Source: a virus (lineage: Duplodnaviria; Caudoviricetes). From it: a DNA stretch of 59,424 nucleotides. Location of the stretch: IMG/VR virus record IMGVR_UViG_3300048772_000090, positions 1 through 59,424 of that record. The stretch is one strand, 5' to 3'. The translations under genes and the position numbers were made by a program. Below the pieces are notes generated by a model, which was not told the origin of the DNA, did not search any database, and saw nothing but the letters and a program-made list of their open reading frames with translations. This document shows positions 30,388 to 36,797 of this stretch, in pieces (within the stretch, counting starts at the first letter, position 1; each line of letters opens with the position of its first letter).

Positions 30388-30465
30388 TGGTAGCGGATAC
30401 TGGACTTGAACCAGTCGCCTCAGCCTTATCAAGACTGCGCTCTTCTCAGGATGAGCTAATCCGCC
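30388..30465 (-). tRNA. tRNA-Ile(GAT)
   Basis: CAGTC-TTGATAA-GGCTG; CCA. Confidence 0.9.
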
Positions 30466-30477
30466 ACGTGAAATGGA

Positions 30478-30553
30478 TGGTACCCAGTAGAGGAGTCGAA
30501 CCTCTCTAGCCAGTTTGTAGGACTGGAGCCTGAAACCGATAGGCTAACCGGGC
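30478..30553 (-). tRNA. tRNA-Val(TAC), C33
   Basis: CCAGT-CCTACAA-ACTGG; CCA. Confidence 0.8.
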
Positions 30554-30558
30554 GAATA

Positions 30559-30634
30559 TGGCGCGAACGGGGAGATTCGAACTCCTGTCTCACTGATCGA
30601 CAATCAGTTGCTTTGGCCACTAAGCTACGTTCGC
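30559..30634 (-). tRNA. tRNA-Asp(GTC)
   Basis: ACTGA-TTGTCGA-TCAGT; G73; CCA. Confidence 0.88.
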
Positions 30635-30706
30635 AAAACTGTTAGGCCGTTCAGTCGCATCCAGAAGGGATATTCATTGATCCCTGCGCTTACTAGACCC
30701 GTAAAA

Positions 30707-30783
30707 TGGTGGGCGATGGCAGATTCGAACTGCCGACTGAAATTTAGGAAATTTCTGTGATTATCCAATTTCACCAAACGCCC
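30707..30783 (-). tRNA. tRNA-Arg(CCT)
   Basis: GAAAT-TTCCTAA-ATTTC; CCA. Confidence 0.88.
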
Positions 30784-30792
30784 AAAACTTGA

Positions 30793-30868
30793 TGGTCGAA
30801 CCGCTGGGATTCAGACCCAGAACTGTGTCTTCGGAGGGCACTGTGATATTCAGTTTCACCACGGCTCG
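30793..30868 (-). tRNA. tRNA-Arg(CCG)
   Basis: GTGCC-CTCCGAA-GACAC; atypical T-loop TCTGAAT; CCA. Confidence 0.8.
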
Positions 30869-30871
30869 AAA

Positions 30872-30945
30872 TGGTGCCGCAAAGGATACTCGAAATCCTG
30901 TTGGATGCGTGAGAAGCATCTATCCTACCCTTGAATGATTGCGGC
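30872..30945 (-). tRNA. tRNA-Glu(CTC)
   Basis: GATGC-TTCTCAC-GCATC; CCA. Confidence 0.85.
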
Positions 30946-30946
30946 A

Positions 30947-31024
30947 TGGTCCGAAGGACGAGACTCTAACTCGCTAGGAACGGCTTGAAGGGCCGCTTGC
31001 TCGATACACTTTGCATTCCTTCGG
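30947..31024 (-). tRNA. tRNA-Glu(TTC), C33, atypical D/T loops
   Basis: GCGGC-CCTTCAA-GCCGT; acceptor CCGAAGG/CCTTCGG; CCA. Confidence 0.65.
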
Positions 31025-31032
31025 ATAAAAGA

Positions 31033-31107
31033 TGGAGCATCCACCCCGAATCGAACGGGGATCACAACCTTAGAAGGGAAGTCTCTATCCGCTTGAGCTA
31101 TGGACGC
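31033..31107 (-). tRNA. tRNA-Arg(TCT)
   Basis: Loop CTTCTAA with a weak anticodon stem; CCA. Confidence 0.75.
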
Positions 31108-31108
31108 A

Positions 31109-31187
31109 TGGTCCCCGTGGCATGGATTTGAACCTGCGGCCTCTACCTTAAAGGGGTAGCACTCTAACCGGACTGAGTTACACGGGG
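31109..31187 (-). tRNA. tRNA-Lys(TTT), C33
   Basis: CTACC-CCTTTAA-GGTAG; CCA. Confidence 0.8.
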
Positions 31188-31193
31188 ATAAAC

Positions 31194-31268
31194 TGGTGGC
31201 AGCGCTGGGACTTTAACCCAGATCGAACTCCTTAAGAGGGAGGCATGTTGAATTAACACCACGCTGCC
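31194..31268 (-). tRNA. tRNA-Lys(CTT)
   Basis: CCTCC-CTCTTAA-GGAGT; T-loop TTAAAGT; CCA. Confidence 0.8.
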
Positions 31269-31270
31269 AT

Positions 31271-31364
31271 TGGTACCGGAAGAGGGAATCGAACCCGTCT
31301 AGCATCGGTTATCGACCGACTATATGAGGAGTATAAGGCCCCGCTGTGTCCTACACTTTCCGGC
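31271..31364 (-). tRNA. atypical tRNA-like RNA, probably Ile(TAT), with a long extra arm
   Basis: Acceptor GCCGGAA/TTCCGGT-ACCA and TTCGATT T-loop; tiny D-arm; loop CTTATAC; extra arm GTCGG-TCGATAA-CCGAT. Confidence 0.5.
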
Positions 31365-31367
31365 GAA

Positions 31368-31461
31368 TCTTAGGTGGTCGCTATAGCCTCCCCGCCTCAG
31401 TTTTGGGGCGATGTTGCTATTACAGAGCAGTCCTATCCCGTCGAATAGGAAGCGCCCAAGA
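31368..31461 (-). ncRNA. unknown structured RNA between tRNAs
   Basis: Terminal stem TCTTGGGCG/CACCTAAGA with internal hairpins. Confidence 0.4.
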
Positions 31462-31539
31462 TGGTGCCAGTGGACAGGATTGAACTGTCGGCCTCGTCGT
31501 TATGGGTGACGCGCTCTAAGCCTACTGAGCTACACTGGC
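31462..31539 (-). tRNA. tRNA-Met/Ile2(CAT), C33
   Basis: CGTCA-CCCATAA-CGACG; CCA. Confidence 0.82.
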
Positions 31540-31540
31540 A

Positions 31541-31615
31541 TGGCAGGGGAGGACGGAACCGAACCGTCAATTTCGGTTTTGGAGACCGAGAGTTTTCCTG
31601 TTAGCCTACTCCCCT
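31541..31615 (-). tRNA. tRNA-Trp(CCA)
   Basis: TCGGT-CTCCAAA-ACCGA; A1-U72, G73; CCA. Confidence 0.88.
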
Positions 31616-31625
31616 AAAAATTCAT

Positions 31626-31642
31626 TTCAATTGTCAACGAGC
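31626..31642 (-). promoter_or_regulatory. boxA-like antitermination element, operon 1
   Basis: GCTCGTTGACAATTGAA directly after the attenuator; no -10 at promoter spacing. Confidence 0.5.
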
Positions 31643-31699
31643 AAAAGTAAACCCCAGCCTGAGCCGGGGTCTGATAAAGCGGTGTTGCCGACAGACCCC
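31643..31699 (-). terminator. attenuator 1: antiterminator GGGGTCTG/CAGACCCC versus terminator ACCCCGGC-TCAG-GCTGGGGT-TTACTTTT
   Basis: Two mutually exclusive stems sharing ACCCC, starting right after the leader stop codon. Confidence 0.8.
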
Positions 31700-31771
31700 T
31701 CAAACGCGCATATCCCACCCGTCCCGCTTAATGCGGACTATGGTTTCGACGTTTTTGGTTGATCTGGTCAT
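31700..31771 (-). CDS. leader peptide 1 MTRSTKNVETIVRIKRDGWDMRV
   Basis: AGGA RBS; 23 codons plus TGA abutting the antiterminator; codons match downstream tRNAs. Confidence 0.75.
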   Translation of the reverse strand: MTRSTKNVETIVRIKRDGWDMRV

Positions 31772-31841
31772 CGTTTAATCCTAAATTGTGCTCTCATTAC
31801 CCACCGAGCAGGTGCATCCATGCTTTTACTGCACTTGAGAA

Positions 31842-31871
31842 ACTATATCACACGTCAAACTGAAAGCGCAA
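31842..31871 (-). promoter_or_regulatory. promoter of tRNA operon 1 (TTGCGC-18-TGnTATAGT)
   Basis: Extended -10; same 18-nt spacing as the early promoters. Confidence 0.55.
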
Positions 31872-31882
31872 GGAATATTTTA

Positions 31883-31961
31883 TGGTGCGCCCGGAGGGAC
31901 TTGAACCCCCTGCCTTTTGGTTCGTAGCCAAACGCTCTGAATCCAGATGAGCTACGGGCGC
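31883..31961 (-). tRNA. tRNA-Arg(ACG)
   Basis: TTTGG-CTACGAA-CCAAA; CCA. Confidence 0.92.
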
Positions 31962-31971
31962 AAACTTTTAT

Positions 31972-32061
31972 GAGGCGGCTTCATGCTACCCGGTCTAGCC
32001 GGACACGTGACCCGCTCTGACTGGCCCGGAGTTTCCTCCGCGTCTAGGCAGCGACCGCCTC
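31972..32061 (-). ncRNA. unknown multibranch structured RNA
   Basis: Terminal stem GAGGCGG/CCGCCTC; internal CGGAG-GAAA-CTCCG and CCGG-CTAGA-CCGG. Confidence 0.45.
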
Positions 32062-32077
32062 TGTAGTCACTCAAGCA

Positions 32078-32186
32078 TGGTCGGGTTTGCGAGTCTGCCA
32101 GTCTCGCACTAGAGCGCCCCATGCGCCCCGTGCTTTGATCCGTCCGTCCCGAAGGCTCTGGATCAGGCCGTTTACACTAGCACCCG
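32078..32186 (-). tRNA. atypical tRNA-Pro(TGG)-like RNA with a hairpin inserted in the D-loop
   Basis: C1-G72/A73 Pro-type end CCCGACCA; GGGCG-CATGGGG-CGCTC; TGATCC...GGATCA insert; 9-nt T-loop. Confidence 0.5.
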
Positions 32187-32194
32187 GTAAATGA

Positions 32195-32271
32195 TGGTCG
32201 GAGAGGTGAGATTCGAACTCACGTCATCTCGCTCCCAGGGCGAGTGCCTGAAGCCTCTAGGCTACTCTCCG
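32195..32271 (-). tRNA. tRNA-Pro(TGG), C33
   Basis: CTCGC-CCTGGGA-GCGAG; C1-G72; CCA. Confidence 0.88.
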
Positions 32272-32276
32272 ACTAT

Positions 32277-32352
32277 TGGTGCCAACTCAGCGAATCGAAC
32301 GCTGTTCCATTCCTCTTCAGGGAATTGTAATCACCAGACCTACGCAGTTGGC
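32277..32352 (-). tRNA. tRNA-Phe(GAA)
   Basis: ATTCC-CTGAAGA-GGAAT; CCA. Confidence 0.82.
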
Positions 32353-32360
32353 AAATCATT

Positions 32361-32435
32361 TGGTGGAGACGGAGGGAATCAAACCCTCAACTTCGGAGTG
32401 CAAAACCGATGTGTTCTCATTAGCACCACGTCCCC
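32361..32435 (-). tRNA. tRNA-Ala(TGC)
   Basis: G3:U70; loop TTTGCAC; CCA. Confidence 0.88.
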
Positions 32436-32439
32436 AAAC

Positions 32440-32607
32440 TTATTTACCGAAAATCTTTTCCATCAATTCCTTCATCCACGGATACTCTTCCGGCTTGCAG
32501 AGGATCATAGGGTACTCATACTTATACGGACCTAGAGTCTCCGCATACGCTTTCTGAAGCATCTCTAGTGTGACCTGACCCGTATTCTCCTTCGCGTCGT
32601 AGTACAT
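32440..32607 (-). CDS. 55-aa hypothetical protein (MYYDAKENTG...KIFGK)
   Basis: AGGAGG RBS; fills the gap between tRNA-His and tRNA-Ala; below the ORF-track cutoff. Confidence 0.6.
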   Translation of the reverse strand: MYYDAKENTGQVTLEMLQKAYAETLGPYKYEYPMILCKPEEYPWMKELMEKIFGK

Positions 32608-32627
32608 TGCTTCCTCCTAACAAACTT

Positions 32628-32703
32628 TGGGGCGGGATGTGGTACTCGAAACCACGTAGACTGATGCCACAGATCAGCGCCTTACCTCTCGGCCAATCCC
32701 ACC
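32628..32703 (-). tRNA. tRNA-His(GTG)
   Basis: G-1:C73; CTGAT-CTGTGGC-ATCAG; CCA. Confidence 0.88.
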
Positions 32704-32710
32704 ACATCTT

Positions 32711-32792
32711 TGGAGCACGGAGAGGGATTCGAACCCCCGGTGTTGGATGCCTGCTTACAAAACAGGTGCAGTCGCCGCTGTGCCATCCGTGC
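32711..32792 (-). tRNA. tRNA-Thr(TGT), enlarged variable loop
   Basis: CCTGT-TTTGTAA-GCAGG; CCA. Confidence 0.85.
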
Positions 32793-32902
32793 AAATCTTA
32801 ACCGGAATCTCTCTTCCGCAGTCACGCCACTAGACTCGCTGCTCGGACTTTCCGAGTGTGCTATACCCCGGACGGGGTTACGTCGGGCAGGTGTCGCCCA
32901 TT

Positions 32903-32978
32903 TGGAGCCGTCTGCGAGAATTGAACTCGCTGCCTCCGAATTACCAATCCGGTGCTCTTCCATACGAGCTACGACGGC
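32903..32978 (-). tRNA. tRNA-Thr(GGT)
   Basis: CCGGA-TTGGTAA-TTCGG; CCA. Confidence 0.88.
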
Positions 32979-33521
32979 CTATCCTACGGTTGCGTACTTC
33001 GTGTCTCCAGCGTTGTCAAAGTACAGATAAGGACGCCACTTTTCATCCTCAGCGCCCATCGACTTCAAGATGAAACGTGATGTATGTATCGAGGCCGCAC
33101 GAGGCTTGTGGATCAACTTCATCCCCGCTTCCTCTGGTGTCCTGTCCGCCTTACGACGATTGTCCTCGACACAGCAGGCTACAAGGTTACTCCATGTGTC
33201 CTTTCCTCCTTGCGCCCGAGGTACAATGTGATCCAGCGTCAACTTAGACGGATGGAAAACAATGCCACAGTACATGCAAGTGTTCCGATCCCGCAAGAAG
33301 ATGTTCTTCCTGCTCAAAATCTGGACGCGAACAGGAATGTACCGAAACTCCTTCAAGCGAATTACCGAAGGGAACATGATTCCGGGATAAATCTCTTGTC
33401 CTGTGTGCTCTTGAATAACAGCCCGATCCTTGCAAACCAATGTGAGAGCACGTCGGCAGGAACGAATGCTGATCGGCTCAAATGAGCTATTTAAAACTAG
33501 CGTTGCTTTGTTCATGTTCAT
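32979..33521 (-). CDS. HNH endonuclease
   Basis: TLVLNSSFEP, RDRNTCMYCG, LTLDHIVPRAQGG, WSNLVACC, KADRTPEEAGM. Confidence 0.9.
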   Translation of the reverse strand: MNMNKATLVLNSSFEPISIRSCRRALTLVCKDRAVIQEHTGQEIYPGIMFPSVIRLKEFRYIPVRVQILSRKNIFLRDRNTCMYCGIVFHPSKLTLDHIVPRAQGGKDTWSNLVACCVEDNRRKADRTPEEAGMKLIHKPRAASIHTSRFILKSMGAEDEKWRPYLYFDNAGDTKYATVG

Positions 33522-33565
33522 AACGCACTCTCCTTTCTGTTTACTTTACCACTAACTGCGCATCC

Positions 33566-33639
33566 AGCCTACGTTATTTGGGTGACGGATTAAATGTCCG
33601 CCTGTACGTCCCGTCGCATCTCGCGGTACAGCGTAGGCT
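33566..33639 (-). ncRNA. unknown structured RNA
   Basis: Terminal stem AGCCTACG/CGTAGGCT enclosing two hairpins. Confidence 0.4.
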
Positions 33640-33647
33640 AGAAACTT

Positions 33648-33724
33648 TGGAGCAGGCGTCCCGAGTCGAACGGGAATCGTCTTTCTTACGAGGAAAGTGC
33701 ATAAGCCACTTCTGCCACGCCTGC
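33648..33724 (-). tRNA. tRNA-Thr(CGT)
   Basis: CTTTC-CTCGTAA-GAAAG; CCA. Confidence 0.88.
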
Positions 33725-33736
33725 GTAAATCTAAGA

Positions 33737-33811
33737 TGGAGCGGGGTATCGGGATTGAACCGATGATCTTCGGTCTGGCAGACCAATGCTTTGCCACTCA
33801 GCTAACCCCGC
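33737..33811 (-). tRNA. tRNA-Gly(GCC)
   Basis: TTGGT-CTGCCAG-ACCGA; U73; CCA. Confidence 0.9.
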
Positions 33812-33816
33812 AAAAA

Positions 33817-33890
33817 TGGTTCGGTCGCTCCGAGTCGGACGGAGATAGAGAGTGTCAAAGGCTCTCGAATTGCCATTATTCGACGACCGA
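33817..33890 (-). tRNA. tRNA-Gln(TTG)
   Basis: Loop CTTTGAC; U1-A72; CCA. Confidence 0.8.
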
Positions 33891-33896
33891 TCAAAC

Positions 33897-33971
33897 TGGT
33901 TCCGGGTGGAGGATTCTGACCCCCATCTTTAGGTTCAGAGCCTAAAATCCTCACATTTGGACGAACCCGGA
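33897..33971 (-). tRNA. tRNA-Gln(CTG)
   Basis: TTAGG-CTCTGAA-CCTAA; U1-A72; CCA. Confidence 0.82.
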
Positions 33972-33982
33972 TCAATCCTTGC

Positions 33983-34000
33983 TATTCAGTTGTCAAACTC
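33983..34000 (-). promoter_or_regulatory. boxA-like antitermination element, operon 2
   Basis: GAGTTTGACAACTGAATA resembles rrn-spacer TTTGAAAACTGAATA; no -10 at promoter spacing. Confidence 0.5.
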
Positions 34001-34120
34001 CCGATCCCACTAGGGGCGGTGAAACGAAACTTTGCGACGGTGGCTATAACCTGCCCGCTGCCACCGCCGAAGTCCACGTCTGTAGTTAGCGGCCTACCTA
34101 CTCCGGGTCGTATCAAACTT

Positions 34121-34197
34121 TGGCTCATCAGGTCGGCCTCGGACCGACATCCCCGAAATTAACAGTTTCGTGCTCTGCCTACTTGAGCTACCGATGA
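34121..34197 (-). tRNA. tRNA-Asn(GTT)
   Basis: CGAAA-CTGTTAA-TTTCG; G73; CCA. Confidence 0.85.
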
Positions 34198-34207
34198 ACA
34201 TTACTGC

Positions 34208-34296
34208 AAAACTTTGGGGTCACCAGATTTTCTCCGGTGACCCCATCTACTGCTCGCTGTTTTATAAATGTCAGTCGAGAGAAGGACGGCCACCGG
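34208..34296 (-). terminator. attenuator 2: antiterminator CCGGTGGCC/GGTCACCGG versus hairpin GGGGTCACCGGA-GAAAA-TCTGGTGACCCC-AAAGTTTT
   Basis: Mutually exclusive stems; the U-tract is imperfect. Confidence 0.7.
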
Positions 34297-34369
34297 GCGC
34301 ATGATTACCGCGCGGCTGTGCTTGCGTTGCCGCTGGGGTAAAGGTTCGCGTTGTGGCTGCGTTCTTCAT
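34271..34369 (-). CDS. leader peptide 2 MKNAATTRTFTPAATQAQPRGNHAPGGRPSLD
   Basis: ATG a few nt after the predicted TSS; codons 3-29 all encode amino acids of the downstream tRNA set. Confidence 0.8.
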   Translation of the reverse strand: MKNAATTRTFTPAATQAQPRGNHAPGGRPSLD

Positions 34370-34381
34370 GTCTCTTTTGTC

Positions 34382-34410
34382 AATGTACCCGCGTTGAGAT
34401 TATTTGTCAA
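34382..34410 (-). promoter_or_regulatory. promoter of tRNA operon 2 (TTGACA-17-TACATT)
   Basis: Near-consensus sigma70. Confidence 0.75.
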
Positions 34411-34417
34411 CTGCTAT

Positions 34418-35078
34418 TTACCAGATTCCGCGAACATAGTCCTTGTAACGCCAACTCTTGCCAGTAATGTGGTCGTTTACGTCCCCGTCCTTCACGCGGA
34501 TGGTACGGCGTTTGTCGCCACGCTGTCCACTTCCAACCTGCTTCTTCCTATCGGCTGAAATGCTCCCGTGCCTATGTTCCTTATCGGCAGCGAACAGTCT
34601 TGCGGTCAGGATCGCTAGAGCAATATCCTTGTTCCGCTTCTGTGATCGCTCGTCTTCGCAGCGAACCGTTAGGCCCGTAGGAATATGCTTGAGGATGACG
34701 CAGGTTTCGAGTTTGTTGGCGTTCTGTCCGCCCTTGCCTCCTGAACGGGTAGTGGAGTATTCCAGATCGTTAGGGGATACAGAAAATTCGTATGGCTGTG
34801 GTTCTGGGAAGGTAGCGACCGTAACCGTAGAGGTTTGGACTCGTCCACTACGCTCTGTAGGCGGGATTCTCTGCCATCTGTGGCCGCCTGACTCGTTAGC
34901 AAATATCTTCTCAACTCCCTTTCCGGTAACTCGGAAAACAACAATTCCCGGTCTTTCCTCAGTCAATTCGAGGTCAAAGCCCCCTCCGCTCCGCAAGTTT
35001 TGTGTAGATGCGGAATTGGTCGATCACAAGTAATTTAGCATCCATTCCTCCCTCAGCAGCCCTAATCTCAATTATCAT
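34418..35078 (-). CDS. short class-I peptide chain release factor (lacks domain 1), expressed through a +1 frameshift; join(35078..34977, 34975..34418), about 219 aa
   Basis: AGGAG RBS; MIIEIRAAEGG (RF domain 2 start) in frame 0; ESGGHRWQRIPPTE...RVQTS, GGKGGQNANK, RSQKRN and RGDKRRT in frame +1; junction CGGAGG-GGG-CTT-TGA-C. Confidence 0.88.
34973..34988 (-). promoter_or_regulatory. prfB-type programmed +1 frameshift signal
   Basis: Internal SD GGAGG, 3-nt spacer, CTT TGA C; same layout as the RF2 signal AGGGGG-TAT-CTT-TGA-C. Confidence 0.88.
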
Positions 35079-35228
35079 TTCATTTCTCCTATTCGCGTCA
35101 GGATAAAACCCGAATGGCCCCATTTCTGAGGCCACTCGCGGCTCGTGCAAGGACATTATGTACGCAGGCACAATTAGGAGCGGTACGCTCCCTGGTTGAT
35201 GCGGCCTTTCGACCGCGAGATAAGCATA

Positions 35229-35579
35229 CTATTCACATGGGGTTAGGTCAAGGTAATAGTTCTTACCCGGAACAAACGTGTCGCAGACATCGGGATTATC
35301 AACAAGGAACGTCATGGTTCCGCTTGGCGTTGCGGCAGCGAAACTAACATCCTCTGGATTACTTGTGTCGTACTGCGCGGCTAACCGCACGTTCTGAGCA
35401 AACTTTCCAGTAGAGATGTACTTGACTTTCTTACCATTATCCGTGTACTCAGTTCCAACCAGAGCAGCATAGTCCTCCGGCGTTACTGAGTCCTCGAAAA
35501 CTCGCTTTGAAACGGCGTTGTCAGTCAGCTCTACGCTAACCACACGGAACTTGCAGCGGGTACGAATCGCTTCTGGCAT
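35229..35579 (-). CDS. hypothetical protein
   Basis: AGGAG RBS; RCKFRV...FAAATPSG...PGKNYYLDLTP. Confidence 0.75.
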   Translation of the reverse strand: MPEAIRTRCKFRVVSVELTDNAVSKRVFEDSVTPEDYAALVGTEYTDNGKKVKYISTGKFAQNVRLAAQYDTSNPEDVSFAAATPSGTMTFLVDNPDVCDTFVPGKNYYLDLTPCE

Positions 35580-35675
35580 AAACTCTCCTAAATTTGGTTG
35601 GGAAGCACCGCTATGCTTGCGGCATCACTGAGCCACGCCAAGGTTATCCTGCGGCTCACATGGACAGCATAACAT

Positions 35676-35714
35676 AAAACAGCAATGGCTCCCACTTAAG
35701 TTGAGAGCCACTGC
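35676..35714 (-). terminator. intrinsic terminator closing the ncRNA cluster
   Basis: GCAGTGGCTCTCA-ACTTAAG-TGGGAGCCATTGC-TGTTTT. Confidence 0.7.
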
Positions 35715-35742
35715 CGGTCGTGCCTTCTATTTATAGGAAATC

Positions 35743-36789
35743 TTTGCAGCGGGTCGGATTCCTATACCGGCATGGCGGTCTGCACTAGGTGATGCCTCTT
35801 TCGAGGGCTTATGCTGGCTCTCGCTGCCGCGTGGGTTTCTCACCCATCCGCCGAACTGCTAATCCCTTCCGGGACTCGGACGACCTAGCCAAGTTAGCGG
35901 GTTCCTCCCCGCCGCCACTGCAAACTTTGCCCGTTCGTATTGAACGGAGCCGAAGTCACCAACAATCGAGTGCTGGACTCCTACTCCGATCTCTGCGCCA
36001 CCCCATCTTGGGTACTCGCGTCAGGATTGCAGATCGTTTCGCTTGGAATTCTTTGCAGCGTTCTGCTCTCTCGTTACTCCTCGCGGCGTCTAGAAGCTAC
36101 CGATTCTGGAAGACCGAACACCTCAAAAGAGTGGAGTCTTGGGGTCTAAAGGAGTGTCCTACCACTCTTCCGCTGCAAACCTTTGAGGCGCGGCTCCGAT
36201 TCTGGCTAACCAGTCACCGTTTTATCCTTTGCGGGAGAGACCTGTCAGTTCCGCCTCAAACTTTTCCCGTCCCAAACCGATAAGAGAAGGTGGCCCCTCG
36301 GACGGCCACTAACCGCCCATTCTCTCCGGCTCGACTTAGCAGACCGATAAGGCGTTCTGAACAGCCTCCGGCCCGCGACAGGAAACTTTATAATCCCCTA
36401 AAATGTGGGGCCGTTCGGCCTTGCAGATACTAGGCTTCGACCGATCTTACAGCTTATTATGGACGATCAATCGGCTTGGCGTCCAGCTATTACCTCTCCA
36501 CCGTTCTCTTCCTACTAGGCCCCTTCGTCGGGGGTATTCTAAAATCCAGCGGCGTTGCGTCATTGTCGCTGCGAAAGTATGCCTACGTTCGCGTTCTCGG
36601 ATGGCCCCGGATTTCTCCGTCTGACGCTATCCCTGATGTTTGCTTGCCGCTGAAACTCAAACTATGCTCGTCTTTCCGAGCCGCCAAGGGACGTTACCGT
36701 TACCCTACGCGTCTTTCCGTGTCTCGTCACTCCCGTTACTGAGGACGTTTTGAATGGCCGTCTATGAACGTGAGTCGAAGTCTCCCAGC
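35743..36789 (-). ncRNA. tandem cluster of at least six unknown structured RNAs
   Basis: No RBS-supported ORF; consecutive units closed by 7-11-bp terminal stems, several separated by the AAAGTTT-type spacer also seen after tRNA CCA ends. Confidence 0.6.
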
Positions 36790-36797
36790 CAGATCAA

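Noticed and set aside
30947-31187. Opal (TCA) and ochre (TTA) suppressor readings of loops CCTTCAA and CCTTTAA
   Set aside because: The 5-bp stems fix 7-nt loops giving TTC and TTT with C33. The same C33 occurs in Val, Met, Pro and Leu, leader 1 has GAA and AAA, and genes here end normally at TGA, TAA and TAG, so there is no sign of stop-codon recoding.
34418-34996. Release factor as a stand-alone ORF starting MRSGGG, or as a pseudogene
   Set aside because: Conserved domain-2 sequence with a good RBS lies upstream in another frame, and the junction is an exact prfB-type frameshift signal.
34418-35078. Gene symbol prfA, prfB or prfH
   Set aside because: Features are mixed (PxT motif, UGA frameshift, no domain 1, no adjacent rtcB); orthology cannot be assigned by eye.
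35075-35083. Minigene ATG AAA TGA overlapping the release-factor start
   Set aside because: Its ATG is only 2 nt from the SD; the spacing favours the ATG at 35078.
35743-36385. CRISPR array suggested by recurring TTTGCAGCG and AAACTTT
   Set aside because: These are inverted closing stems and short linkers with irregular spacing, not identical direct repeats; no cas operon is present.
36407-36608. tmRNA (starts GGGGCC)
   Set aside because: Only about 200 nt, with no T-arm/ACCA 3' end and no tag reading frame recognised.
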